This document shows, one piece after another, positions 28,364 through 37,672 of a DNA stretch of 64,000 nt. How positions within the stretch are numbered: position 1 is the stretch's first letter; each line of letters opens with the position of its first letter. The DNA lies in the sequence record NC_025447.1; one strand, given 5' to 3'. The position numbers and the translations under genes were made by a program. The notes under the pieces are model-generated. The model was not told where the DNA came from. It made no database searches and saw nothing but the letters and a program-made list of their open reading frames with translations.

Positions 28364-29059
28364 ATGGTTGAACAATTCATGTTTGGTGGTTATGCTAATG
28401 GCGAAGTACGTAACATTTCTATTCCTTACGTAGTTGAGAAAGTTAATGGTTCAGAACGTACATATGATCTAGCATCTCGTATGATGCAAGACCGTATCAT
28501 TTTCCTTGATACTGATTTCAATGATCAAATGGCACATATCATCAAACAACAATTGGTGTGGTTAGACTCACAAGGTGATTCCCCTATTACATTCTACATT
28601 AGTTCACCAGGTGGTTCAGTACACGCAGGTTTGGGTATTGCAGACGTTGCTAAGTCTTGTATTTCCCCAATCCGCACTGTAGTTATGGGTTATGCGGCAT
28701 CAATGGGTTGCTATACACAATCTGTTATTGGAACTAAAGGTTTCCGTTTAGGTGGTAAACGTTCATACTTCATGTGTCACCAAGTAAGTTCTGGTACACA
28801 AGGTCTAATTACAGACCAGAAGATTTCCCTACAACATTCTGATGCACTGAATACATTGTTGACCAAAGAAATTGCAGAAGCAGTAGGCGTATCACATGAA
28901 CAATTACTAAAAGATGCTGACCGCGATTTGTGGTTAAATGCAGAAGAAGCACTTGAATATGGTGAACATGGTTTCATTGATGGTATTATTCTTGGACCAC
29001 GTAACGAAGAAGGCAAGTACTTAGTTAAGCGTCGCGGCGGTGTGGAAGAGTGGGTGTAA
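28364..29059 (+). CDS. clpP: ATP-dependent Clp protease proteolytic subunit
   Basis: YDLASRMMQDRIIFL, ISSPGGSV, AASMG (Ser), HQ (His), DRDLW, AEEALEYG. Confidence 0.95.
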   Translation: MVEQFMFGGYANGEVRNISIPYVVEKVNGSERTYDLASRMMQDRIIFLDTDFNDQMAHIIKQQLVWLDSQGDSPITFYISSPGGSVHAGLGIADVAKSCISPIRTVVMGYAASMGCYTQSVIGTKGFRLGGKRSYFMCHQVSSGTQGLITDQKISLQHSDALNTLLTKEIAEAVGVSHEQLLKDADRDLWLNAEEALEYGEHGFIDGIILGPRNEEGKYLVKRRGGVEEWV

Positions 29060-29107
29060 GATAGATTTTGATGCCTCAATATGGGGCATCATCTTTGTGG
29101 AGATTAT

Positions 29108-29398
29108 ATGAAAGTACTAGTACGTAATAATACGGAAGTAGCAAATGTATTAGAAGATTCCGATTTTATTAATGTTGCGTTCGATCAAATTAGTGCAGTA
29201 GCACTTGAGTTAAAAAATGTGGATGAATCTGAGCGTGTACTAAATGGTTTTGCAATTGTACTTGAATTAATGAAAGAAGTACTAATTAAAAAGAACATTA
29301 ATCCAGTTGATGCGGTTCAACATGCAGAAGCTGTGCGTAAAGAACACGGTACATTCTCTGACAAAAAATACATTCAAACTGATGAGGTAAAAGAATAA
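29108..29398 (+). CDS. hypothetical protein
   Basis: GGAG RBS. Confidence 0.7.
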   Translation: MKVLVRNNTEVANVLEDSDFINVAFDQISAVALELKNVDESERVLNGFAIVLELMKEVLIKKNINPVDAVQHAEAVRKEHGTFSDKKYIQTDEVKE

Positions 29399-29399
29399 T

Positions 29400-29846
29400 A
29401 TGTCCAATGCACAATATAAAGATGGTTATGACGCATACAAAGCAAAAGTAGTTCTAAGTGCTGAACAGCTAAAAATGCAGCATCCATTATATCGTCAGGG
29501 CTATCGTGCAGCACAAGCAGAAGCAATGAAGAAAAATAATGTAACTTTCCCTACTACGCTATATGATATTCCTAAACGTCCACACATTTTTAAAGCTGAA
29601 TGGACTGATATTATGGCAGCGACAAAGCGTCCACGTTTTGCTAAATTACACACCGATGAAGGTCGCTGGTTGCTAATGGGGATTATGAAAGCAGTTGAGA
29701 ATCAATCTCATAAGATTGTTCGTTATAAAGATGTTGTTGCTATGGTTGATAAAGCATTTGACCTTGTACTTCAATATGGTTATGATGAAGGTGTACTAAC
29801 TGTTTCTGATTGTGAAAAATATCAGTACACCCCATATCAAAAATAA
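29400..29846 (+). CDS. hypothetical protein
   Basis: 148 aa ORF. Confidence 0.75.
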   Translation: MSNAQYKDGYDAYKAKVVLSAEQLKMQHPLYRQGYRAAQAEAMKKNNVTFPTTLYDIPKRPHIFKAEWTDIMAATKRPRFAKLHTDEGRWLLMGIMKAVENQSHKIVRYKDVVAMVDKAFDLVLQYGYDEGVLTVSDCEKYQYTPYQK

Positions 29847-29856
29847 TATTACAAAT

Positions 29857-29884
29857 AGGAATCCAGTACTGGATTCCTCTTTTT
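29857..29884 (+). terminator. intrinsic terminator formed by a 22 bp perfect palindrome
   Basis: AGGAATCCAGTACTGGATTCCT followed by cttttt. Confidence 0.7.
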
Positions 29885-29964
29885 ATTGCTGTATATCAAT
29901 TTTCATCGATCAAAAAATGATCTATATAAGCTAAATACCCAAGGAATCATTGTTACTAGGGTAG

Positions 29965-30519
29965 GTGAATATGCAGCAATATAATTTAACTGAAGAACAA
30001 AGTGATATTTTTTATCATCATATGTTTTTAATTGATGAGTTTGCTTTGAAAATTAATTCTGAAGCAATTGATATATTGAAGAAATGGTATTCATGTTATA
30101 ATAAAAACAAAAAGTGGTATTGGTTTAATAGAAATTTAAAGTCATTTTTAAAAACAATAACACAAGTTGATAGTGTAGAAATGATACATAGTTCAATTGG
30201 ATATAGTTATTTGACTAAACACAATAATACTATGATGTTATCCGGTTTTAAAGTTGAAAGAATTTCAAAGCTTACAGGTTTATCATTAAAAACAATTTTA
30301 TATGATATAGAAAAGATTTGGAAAACTATAGAATTCATGCACAAAAATATGTCATTCATATATAGAAATTATGATATATTCACTGAGGTACGTCAATATC
30401 ATAATAAACCTTATGTATTGAATGAAAAGTACTATAATCATATGGAAGTTTGTTCTAAACTCGTTGATGATTGGAATCTAGAGGGACATAATGAAATACA
30501 CACACCTAAGTATAGATGA
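29965..30519 (+). CDS. hypothetical protein
   Basis: 184 aa. Confidence 0.65.
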   Translation: MNMQQYNLTEEQSDIFYHHMFLIDEFALKINSEAIDILKKWYSCYNKNKKWYWFNRNLKSFLKTITQVDSVEMIHSSIGYSYLTKHNNTMMLSGFKVERISKLTGLSLKTILYDIEKIWKTIEFMHKNMSFIYRNYDIFTEVRQYHNKPYVLNEKYYNHMEVCSKLVDDWNLEGHNEIHTPKYR

Positions 30520-31015
30520 TACTAATATCTGGTTAGATAACATAATCAAGACATTAGAATTAATTAAACTTACATTACAAAAAACTACTGATATTGAAAT
30601 TAATATTAAACAAGAAATATTAAACTATTATCATAGAAACAAATATAGCACGTTTATCTCTAAATTAATTTATGGATTATATGATATTGAAGATATTTGC
30701 ATCGGTTACAGTACTGGTATTTGCTTCACTGTTAATGGTTTAAAAAATGATTTAAATTTCAGACTTTCCGATGAAGAGCAAGATTTTCGTAGATTTTGTG
30801 ATAATATTATGGATACAGACAAAATTACATTTGTGATTGAATTAAATCAAACATGGTCTACATATGCAGATAAACCATTTGAAATTAATGAAACAGATGT
30901 GTTAAACTATATTCGAGTTATGAAAATTCATGATTTGTGTAAAAACGCATTGTTAAGTATTGGAGCTTATAATGAAACATACGACTTGGTTGAAGATAGC
31001 AGAAGTAGTTGCTGA
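30491..31015 (+). CDS. hypothetical protein
   Basis: 174 aa. Confidence 0.65.
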   Translation: MKYTHLSIDDTNIWLDNIIKTLELIKLTLQKTTDIEINIKQEILNYYHRNKYSTFISKLIYGLYDIEDICIGYSTGICFTVNGLKNDLNFRLSDEEQDFRRFCDNIMDTDKITFVIELNQTWSTYADKPFEINETDVLNYIRVMKIHDLCKNALLSIGAYNETYDLVEDSRSSC

Positions 31016-31451
31016 GGAAAGTAAATGTATTTCACAAAAAGTTGGTTGTGTTATTGTTAAAAATAATAGAGTATTGAGTACTGGATACAATGGAACGCCA
31101 TCTAAGCAGCCAAACTGTTGTGATGTAAATCAACATTTAGTGAACGATGGTCGTTTTCAAGACTGGGTTGATGATGCAGCAAAACATGAACATCATGAGT
31201 GGAGTAATATTCATGAGATCCATGCAGAGATGAACGCTTTACTGTATAGTTCTCCTACTGAACGCCAAGGAGCAACTCTTTACACAACTCTACAACCATG
31301 CTATACTTGTTCTAAGTTAATCGCAGGTAGTGGGATTACCCGTGTAATTTATCACAAAAGTTATCCACGAACACCACCTGAAGCGATTAAAGTACTGGAA
31401 GATGCTGGGATTATTGTTAACTGCATTTATGACAAGGGTATGAATCAATGA
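30972..31451 (+). CDS. cd: dCMP deaminase
   Basis: SKCISQKVGCVIV, STGYNGTP, EIHAEMNAL, LQPCYTCSKLI. Confidence 0.93.
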   Translation: MKHTTWLKIAEVVAEESKCISQKVGCVIVKNNRVLSTGYNGTPSKQPNCCDVNQHLVNDGRFQDWVDDAAKHEHHEWSNIHEIHAEMNALLYSSPTERQGATLYTTLQPCYTCSKLIAGSGITRVIYHKSYPRTPPEAIKVLEDAGIIVNCIYDKGMNQ

Positions 31452-31702
31452 CATTTATGATTGTTGGATTTCTATCAATATTAGTATTATTTTTTATAAC
31501 AGTAATGTTTGTTATTGATGATAATGACATTTCTCAACGAAACTATGAAGTGCGTTTTTCTGCACAAAACAACAAGTACTACATTGTAAACTGTATACAC
31601 CGTAGTGAGAAAAGGGTAACAAGTAGATTTGGATTTACCATTTATTATAAAGACCGAGTAGAAGCTGACATGATTTGTCAGAAGCTTAATACTGTAGAAT
31701 AA
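31448..31702 (+). CDS. membrane-anchored hypothetical protein
   Basis: N-terminal hydrophobic helix. Confidence 0.65.
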   Translation: MTFMIVGFLSILVLFFITVMFVIDDNDISQRNYEVRFSAQNNKYYIVNCIHRSEKRVTSRFGFTIYYKDRVEADMICQKLNTVE

Positions 31703-31731
31703 AAAAAAAGGAGCCACAAGGCTCCTTTTTT
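31701..31731. terminator. bidirectional intrinsic terminator between convergent genes
   Basis: A9-GGAGCC-acaa-GGCTCC-T6. Confidence 0.85.
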
Positions 31732-31732
31732 G

Positions 31733-32110
31733 TTAACCAGGGATGTTACAATAATACAAATCCCAAGGGTGATATTTCATTTCTCCAGTACTCAATTTAA
31801 TTTTATGAAACTGGAATGATTCGGCAAATGCACTATCATCAATCTTAATACAAAAAGTATTTTTTGCTAAAGTTGGTGCAATCTCTAGTGCAGTTTTAGT
31901 TGCATCTAATCTGATTTTATCTTTATCAAAACTTGTTATAGTTACAAAACGATAAACATTAAAATCAGTGTCGATAAGATCGTAAACACAACTAGAACGT
32001 TGATTAAAGATGTTCAAGTTATATTTCAATTCACCGTTTATATTAGCGGCGGTTACACAAAAGCCGCCGATATTGAATGGTAATTTACCTTGTGCTGCTA
32101 TAGCTTTCAT
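31733..32110 (-). CDS. hypothetical protein, probably late gene
   Basis: 125 aa, GAGG RBS, only well-supported minus-strand gene of this size. Confidence 0.75.
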   Translation of the reverse strand: MKAIAAQGKLPFNIGGFCVTAANINGELKYNLNIFNQRSSCVYDLIDTDFNVYRFVTITSFDKDKIRLDATKTALEIAPTLAKNTFCIKIDDSAFAESFQFHKIKLSTGEMKYHPWDLYYCNIPG

Positions 32111-32238
32111 ATTTTATTTCCTCTTATTAATAAACAACTACTTTTACAGATTGTTGTACCTTTTATATTTACACCGTCAACTAAATATCCACCTAAAGTG
32201 AATGGAAATTGGTCTTGTCCTGCGATTGGTTCCCCCAT
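32107..32238 (-). CDS. 43 aa ORF similar to the N-terminus of the downstream gene
   Basis: AAGGAG RBS, ATGA overlap; MGEPIAGQDQFPFTLGGYLVDGVNIKG... Confidence 0.55.
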   Translation of the reverse strand: MGEPIAGQDQFPFTLGGYLVDGVNIKGTTICKSSCLLIRGNKI

Positions 32239-32357
32239 TAAGGGCACTCCTTATAAAAAAGCTTTACATTTGGTATGGGTTTGTGATAGAATCTTCACAG
32301 TGATTGTACTAAGGGGATTATCAGATGAGGGAAATTTGAGTTAAGTACAGAAAAAGT

Positions 32358-32386
32358 TTGACTTAAGTGTTTAAGTACTATATTAT
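32358..32386 (+). promoter_or_regulatory. sigma70-like promoter
   Basis: TTGACT-N17-TATTAT. Confidence 0.5.
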
Positions 32387-32391
32387 TTATA
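32384..32391 (-). promoter_or_regulatory. T4-type late promoter
   Basis: TATAAATA on the minus strand upstream of the minus-strand cassette. Confidence 0.55.
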
Positions 32392-32419
32392 TCTTCCTAA
32401 CCAAAATTAAGGATTTGTT

Positions 32420-33028
32420 ATGAAAAGACTATGGCTTGAGGTAGTACAAGCAGTAATGCTTCTGATGTTGATAAATTTTCCAGCCAGTGCTGGTGTTGAA
32501 AGTAAAAATGTGATAAAGTACAATCCTGAAACACGTAATGTATATTTCATCTCAGATATTACGGATGGGTCACTAAAGCGTATGATGGAGTTGTATGATA
32601 AAGAACACTATGATACCATTACCATCACATCGCCAGGTGGTGATTTTGATGCTGGGATTAAAATGGCAAACTTCGTTAGAGACAATGGTATAAATTTAAT
32701 TGTTTCTAGGTATTGCAACTCAGCATGTACTGTGGTATTCTTCAGTGTAGCTTTTGAAAAGCGATACATGATAAATCGCTCAGTACTGGGACTTCATAAC
32801 ATTTCTATTAAAAGTAATGTTAAAGACGGTGATAATTCTTTTGTATCAGTTAGGCAGCTATCAACTTTTACTGAAGAAATGGCAACTAAAGTAGGTTTTC
32901 TATTTACACTATATTCTGCAAATGGAATTCCACCAGACGTTCTATATAAAGTTAGCCGTTCGCGTGGTGAAGATGTTGTAATATTAACAAAACCAGAACT
33001 GGTTTTTTACGGTTCAGTCAAACAATAA
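32420..33028 (+). CDS. exported ClpP/crotonase-fold protein
   Basis: signal peptide ending PASA; TSPGGD, CNSAC, LGLH. Confidence 0.55.
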   Translation: MKRLWLEVVQAVMLLMLINFPASAGVESKNVIKYNPETRNVYFISDITDGSLKRMMELYDKEHYDTITITSPGGDFDAGIKMANFVRDNGINLIVSRYCNSACTVVFFSVAFEKRYMINRSVLGLHNISIKSNVKDGDNSFVSVRQLSTFTEEMATKVGFLFTLYSANGIPPDVLYKVSRSRGEDVVILTKPELVFYGSVKQ

Positions 33029-33098
33029 AAATAATTAAAATAACAGGATGATTATGATGTACTTCCTTTGTTATTAATTATATTGAGATTATATAACT

Positions 33099-33359
33099 AT
33101 GACAAACATCCAAAATTTGACATCTATTATTTTTTATGCTACAGTAGTGATGTATATTACTGTACTTTTCCTAACAGTTTTCATTTACAAAGATTACAAA
33201 AATGGCTTTATTGATAACACAACAATGAAGTTCAATTCAAAGTTTGAAGCAATAATTTATTATGTTCTGGCAACATCATATTTGGTGTGTCTAATGTTAT
33301 TAGGTACATTGATTTATATTTTATATACAACTTTATTTGCAATTGGAGCTATTTTATGA
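33099..33359 (+). CDS. small membrane protein
   Basis: two hydrophobic helices. Confidence 0.6.
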   Translation: MTNIQNLTSIIFYATVVMYITVLFLTVFIYKDYKNGFIDNTTMKFNSKFEAIIYYVLATSYLVCLMLLGTLIYILYTTLFAIGAIL

Positions 33360-33952
33360 CATGTATCATTGCACACACTGATGGTGTAACTTCTTTTATT
33401 GCAGGGGACAAACTGGGAAGTAACGGGTTCACAAAGTCCGTTCAAACTGAGCCTAAAGTATTTGAGAAAGAATTCATTAAAATCAATGATGATGCTGGTT
33501 TGACCCGTACAAAAGAAATTATGGCGATTGGTTACACCACATCATTCCGTATGGGTCAACTTCTTACTTACAGTTTGAATCTACCACAGCAAGATGCAAA
33601 TGAGACGTTTCCACAGTACTTAGTACTGAAAGTTATTCCTATTATTCGTCAAATGTTCAAAGAGGAATGGGGTTCTCGTGATCCTTCACAAGAAGTAGGT
33701 GGTGGACAGTTCATCATTCTTCACAATCATACAATTTATGAAGTTCAAGAAGATTTTTCAGTTCTTCAACCGAAAACACGAATCACCGCCGTAGGTAGCG
33801 GAACATATCATGCTATTGCAGCAATGCAAGCATATATTGAAGTTGAAAATGAATCAAAAGTGCCACTACATGAACGCATCAAATCAATTTTTAAAATTGT
33901 CAGTGATAATGTAACTAGTGTAAGTGCCGAGTTTGATGTTTTAAAGTATTAA
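33356..33952 (+). CDS. HslV/proteasome-beta-like Ntn hydrolase
   Basis: M-TCII (N-terminal Thr), AGDKLGS, KVF, AVGSG; start moved to 33356. Confidence 0.7.
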   Translation: MTCIIAHTDGVTSFIAGDKLGSNGFTKSVQTEPKVFEKEFIKINDDAGLTRTKEIMAIGYTTSFRMGQLLTYSLNLPQQDANETFPQYLVLKVIPIIRQMFKEEWGSRDPSQEVGGGQFIILHNHTIYEVQEDFSVLQPKTRITAVGSGTYHAIAAMQAYIEVENESKVPLHERIKSIFKIVSDNVTSVSAEFDVLKY

Positions 33953-33970
33953 AATTATAAGAGAGAATAG

Positions 33971-34165
33971 ATGATGGCATACACAATTTATGAATGGGTT
34001 TTGAGTTTTTTTATAGTTTTTTCTATTGTTGTAATTTATAACAATGCTAAATGCTTATACAGGGACTTGAAATCCAATGGTTATCACAAAGATAATAATT
34101 TTATGTATGCCTATCATATTGGAATAATTCTGTTATTATCAATATATTTAATTGGTTTTTCATAA
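33971..34165 (+). CDS. small membrane protein
   Basis: two hydrophobic helices. Confidence 0.55.
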   Translation: MMAYTIYEWVLSFFIVFSIVVIYNNAKCLYRDLKSNGYHKDNNFMYAYHIGIILLLSIYLIGFS

Positions 34166-34174
34166 GGATCGAAT

Positions 34175-34927
34175 ATGATATCAGAAAAATTTATAAGTAA
34201 TGAAGGTAAAAAAAGATTACTGATTATATCTGGTGCAGGACTTTCAGTCGAAAGTGGGATGGAACCTTTTCGATTTGATGATGGTTTGTGGGATACATTT
34301 AAAATTAATGATGTATGTAACATTGCTAGTTTAACTACAAAATATCATGTTGTTCATTCTTTCTATAATACATTGCGTGTAAAATTGGGACAATGCGAAC
34401 CAAATGCAATGCATTATTTTATAAAATCGTTAGAAGAACAATATGGTGATTGCTTCCTTCATATGACTTCTAACATGGACGATCTTTATACTCGTATTGG
34501 TGGTCATGAGCTTAAACTTCATGGAAACTTGTGCGAAGTTATTGAAAATTATAGTATCAATTCTGATGATTATAATGTTATTAACTGCGGATACGAACCA
34601 TACATACCAAAACATGATGTTTTTGCTAAACCAAATGTGGTAATGATTGGAGAATATCATCGTTATGTTGATGGTATACGCTTACCAATTTACGAAGAAC
34701 GAAATAATGTGTTGAAATCTCTTAATGAAAATGATACAGTTATTGTAATTGGTAGTAGCGATACAGTACTAGTATGGTCGAGATTAGCAGCAGCATTACC
34801 ATGTTATAGTGTTAATGTTAACATTCGTAAAAATGATAATGATTTTTTGTTTAATGAAAAAGTTATCAAGCCAGCAACCAAAGCAATACCACATCTAGAG
34901 ACTATAATTAAGGAACGTATGAAATGA
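34175..34927 (+). CDS. Sir2/CobB-family NAD-dependent deacylase
   Basis: SGAGLSVESG..FR, TSNMDDL..R.G, LHGNL, KPNVV, IGSS, VN. Confidence 0.9.
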   Translation: MISEKFISNEGKKRLLIISGAGLSVESGMEPFRFDDGLWDTFKINDVCNIASLTTKYHVVHSFYNTLRVKLGQCEPNAMHYFIKSLEEQYGDCFLHMTSNMDDLYTRIGGHELKLHGNLCEVIENYSINSDDYNVINCGYEPYIPKHDVFAKPNVVMIGEYHRYVDGIRLPIYEERNNVLKSLNENDTVIVIGSSDTVLVWSRLAAALPCYSVNVNIRKNDNDFLFNEKVIKPATKAIPHLETIIKERMK

Positions 34928-35475
34928 GTGTTAAAGAAGTTCCCTTTGGTGAATATGGCTCACGTGCAAATTTTGTATTTTGTTATTTCTTTGCAAGAAA
35001 ATGTAACCCTTACAAAAACTATGAGTTGAATGATATACCAGAAGTAAATTTAGTTTTACTACAATTACGATGGGATGGTCTTCTTGGTGGATGTGGTGGA
35101 ACCGTAGAAAGTACTGATATCTCACTAGAAGATGCGTTGCGTCGTGAAGTTCAAGAAGAAATGGATTACAATATTTTTGTTTCCCATCTTCGACCACTCA
35201 AAACTTTTGAAATTTACCCAGGTGCAAACAGTCATAGTTTTAGCTATGAAGTAAGCTATGACGAGTTGAAACACATTAGAGATGGATACACTAATGCTAA
35301 ACATGCGAGTGCTGAAGTTGCTGGTGTAAATTTATGTCATATTTCTCGTTATTCTAAGGGACAAAATCGAGAAGCGGGATATAATAATCTTATGACACAG
35401 AACTTCATCGGTACAGCAAAACAAGAATTGGAGTATCTGGTTCAAAAAGAAAACTTACTAATTAGTTATCTATAG
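34924..35475 (+). CDS. Nudix hydrolase, NUDT16-like
   Basis: [26 protein letters not shown] Nudix box, FIGTAKQEL. Confidence 0.85.
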   Translation: [183 protein letters not shown]

Positions 35476-35484
35476 GAGTTTAAC

Positions 35485-35805
35485 ATGTCTTACGCAATGT
35501 TTTTGGATGATATTCGTGATGCAAATCTATATTATCCAAACCAAGATATGGTGGTATGTCGTGACTTTAAAAGTGCATGTGAATATGTTATTGAAAATGG
35601 AATTCCAGCATTTGTATCATTCGACCATGACTTGGGTGATGTGAGCGAAGACGAAAAGACTGGATATTCTTTTGCTAAGTTTCTTATTGATTATATGTTT
35701 GATAATAATATTAAAGAACCGTTTGAGTACTTTGTTCACAGTAGTAATCCTGTTGGTAAAATTAATATTGAAACATACTTAAACAATGGATTTAACGCAT
35801 TATGA
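35485..35805 (+). CDS. cyclic-phosphate-processing receiver domain protein
   Basis: FLDDIR, VSFDHDLG, TGY.FAKFL, HSSNPVG. Confidence 0.8.
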   Translation: MSYAMFLDDIRDANLYYPNQDMVVCRDFKSACEYVIENGIPAFVSFDHDLGDVSEDEKTGYSFAKFLIDYMFDNNIKEPFEYFVHSSNPVGKINIETYLNNGFNAL

Positions 35806-36104
35806 TTCAAACACACATCAAAAGTCTTATTTGTACTGTTCTGTTAGGTGCAGGAGTTCTTTGGTTCGGACAGTATCACGAGAACACTAAGCGTACCAAC
35901 ATTCACTACAATACCGCAGAAGTTGTTAGTTTAGGACAATGTAGCGAGTCCAAATGTTCATTCATGTATAAAACCCAAAGTGGTGAAGTACGTAATGGAC
36001 TATCAAGAGAACCAGTTTCAATTGGTCAACTTGTTTACCAGGAGTGCTGGGAAGAAAAGGTTCGAGGTTCACGTTGCTATGTTGAATACGAACCAAATAT
36101 GTAA
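35802..36104 (+). CDS. membrane-anchored hypothetical protein
   Basis: N-terminal hydrophobic helix, four Cys. Confidence 0.65.
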   Translation: MIQTHIKSLICTVLLGAGVLWFGQYHENTKRTNIHYNTAEVVSLGQCSESKCSFMYKTQSGEVRNGLSREPVSIGQLVYQECWEEKVRGSRCYVEYEPNM

Positions 36105-36164
36105 TAATCCGAGTCAATAACATTAGTCGAGTACAAGGATGTACTCATAACTCAAGGATGTTTT

Positions 36165-37604
36165 ATGAAAAAATATACAATTGACACAAACGTACTACTA
36201 TCTGACCCTAATGCATCTATTGCTTTTGATGGTGCTGCAATCATTCTACCATTTACAGTACTGGAAGAATTAGATTCGATTAAGAGTCGTAATGTAGATG
36301 TTTCACGCGATGCTCGTGTTGCTATTCGTAACATTGAAGCAATTATTGCAGATGCATCACATGACGAGATTAGTAGTACTGGTGTTAATATTGCTGATGT
36401 TCATACCAATATGAATCCTGATAGCAAATTGTTTGTTATTACAAACGAAGAAGCTGAGGCACTAATTCGTACTAAAGGTACAGAAGAGAAAGTTCAAACC
36501 CTTCTCAAAAGTACTGTACCTGATGATAAAATCATTCTGGTAGCTTTAGCAACAGAATCAGTACTGGTAACTCGTGATATCAACATGCGTATCAAAGCAC
36601 TAAGTTATGGTGTCGAGGTACAAGATTATCGCCATGATATTGTTATTGGTGATAGTGATTTGATTCACATTGGTCAACACCATCTGGAAATCAATTTTTG
36701 GGAAGTATACAGCAACTTAACCAATACTAATATTCAATCCGAACAAGTTGGTCGTCGTTTGTATCATTACATTTCTAAAAGCTTGATTGAACATCTGCTT
36801 CCACAAAATCTATGCATCGGTGATTATCTATATGATGATGCTGACGTATTATTTGTGTACGAAGGACAATCAGCAATTGAGGAAGATGATGGAACACTAA
36901 CACCAGAAGATATTTTGGTATTCCAAGACATTGGACAATCAGTGTCTTTACGTGCTAAAGTATGGGATATTAAAGCAAAGAATATCCAACAAGCACTCGC
37001 CATCAACAGTATTCTCGATCCTGATGTACATCTAACAGTACTGCTAGGTTCTGCTGGTACTGGTAAAACACTAATTACAATTGCTACTGCATTAGAATTA
37101 GTACTGGAAAAACGTAAATACGACCGAATCATCTTCTCTAAAACTCAAGACTCACAGTTTGAAGATATTGGTTTCTTGCCAGGTTCAGAAGCAGAAAAAG
37201 TGATTCCATTCTGTGGAGCCGCGATTGATGCGTTAGAGTTTCTTCATAAAGATGATGCCAATCCACAAGGTAGTATTGAAGAGATTATGAAACGTAATGT
37301 TATTCAATTTAAAGCACTAAACTTTGTACGTGGACGTTCATTCACCAACACTATTCTAGTAGTTGATGAATTCCAAAACATTACACCTGCACAAGCAAAA
37401 ACCATCTTGACACGAGCAGGGTTAAACTGTAAAGTAGTAATTATGGGTAACTTGAGTCAGATTGACAGTAAGTTTATTAGTCCTGTTAACAGTGGTTTGA
37501 CATATGTAACTGAGAAGTTTAAAGACTGGGCAGGTTGTCGTGTCATCGAACTAGAAGGTGTTGTTCGTTCACCACTGGCTGAATTTGCTGAAGAAAATAT
37601 GTAA
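36165..37604 (+). CDS. phoH: PhoH-like ATPase with N-terminal PIN domain
   Basis: IDTNVLL, VLEELD, PDDKII, TRDINMRIKA; GSAGTGKT, RGRSF, VDEFQN, GNLSQID, RSPLA. Confidence 0.93.
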   Translation: MKKYTIDTNVLLSDPNASIAFDGAAIILPFTVLEELDSIKSRNVDVSRDARVAIRNIEAIIADASHDEISSTGVNIADVHTNMNPDSKLFVITNEEAEALIRTKGTEEKVQTLLKSTVPDDKIILVALATESVLVTRDINMRIKALSYGVEVQDYRHDIVIGDSDLIHIGQHHLEINFWEVYSNLTNTNIQSEQVGRRLYHYISKSLIEHLLPQNLCIGDYLYDDADVLFVYEGQSAIEEDDGTLTPEDILVFQDIGQSVSLRAKVWDIKAKNIQQALAINSILDPDVHLTVLLGSAGTGKTLITIATALELVLEKRKYDRIIFSKTQDSQFEDIGFLPGSEAEKVIPFCGAAIDALEFLHKDDANPQGSIEEIMKRNVIQFKALNFVRGRSFTNTILVVDEFQNITPAQAKTILTRAGLNCKVVIMGNLSQIDSKFISPVNSGLTYVTEKFKDWAGCRVIELEGVVRSPLAEFAEENM

Positions 37605-37612
37605 TATTGTAT

Positions 37613-37641
37613 GGGACATAATGTCCCATACATGATATAAT
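37613..37641 (+). promoter_or_regulatory. promoter, GGACA type
   Basis: GGGACA-N17-TATAAT with TG extension; -35 lies inside hairpin TATGGGACA-ta-TGTCCCATA-like. Confidence 0.65.
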
Positions 37642-37672
37642 GTTGTTATCATAATACAGAAGGAGATATAAA

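Noticed and set aside
32090-32344. 84-aa + strand ORF
   Set aside because: antisense to the RBS-supported minus-strand cassette; no RBS
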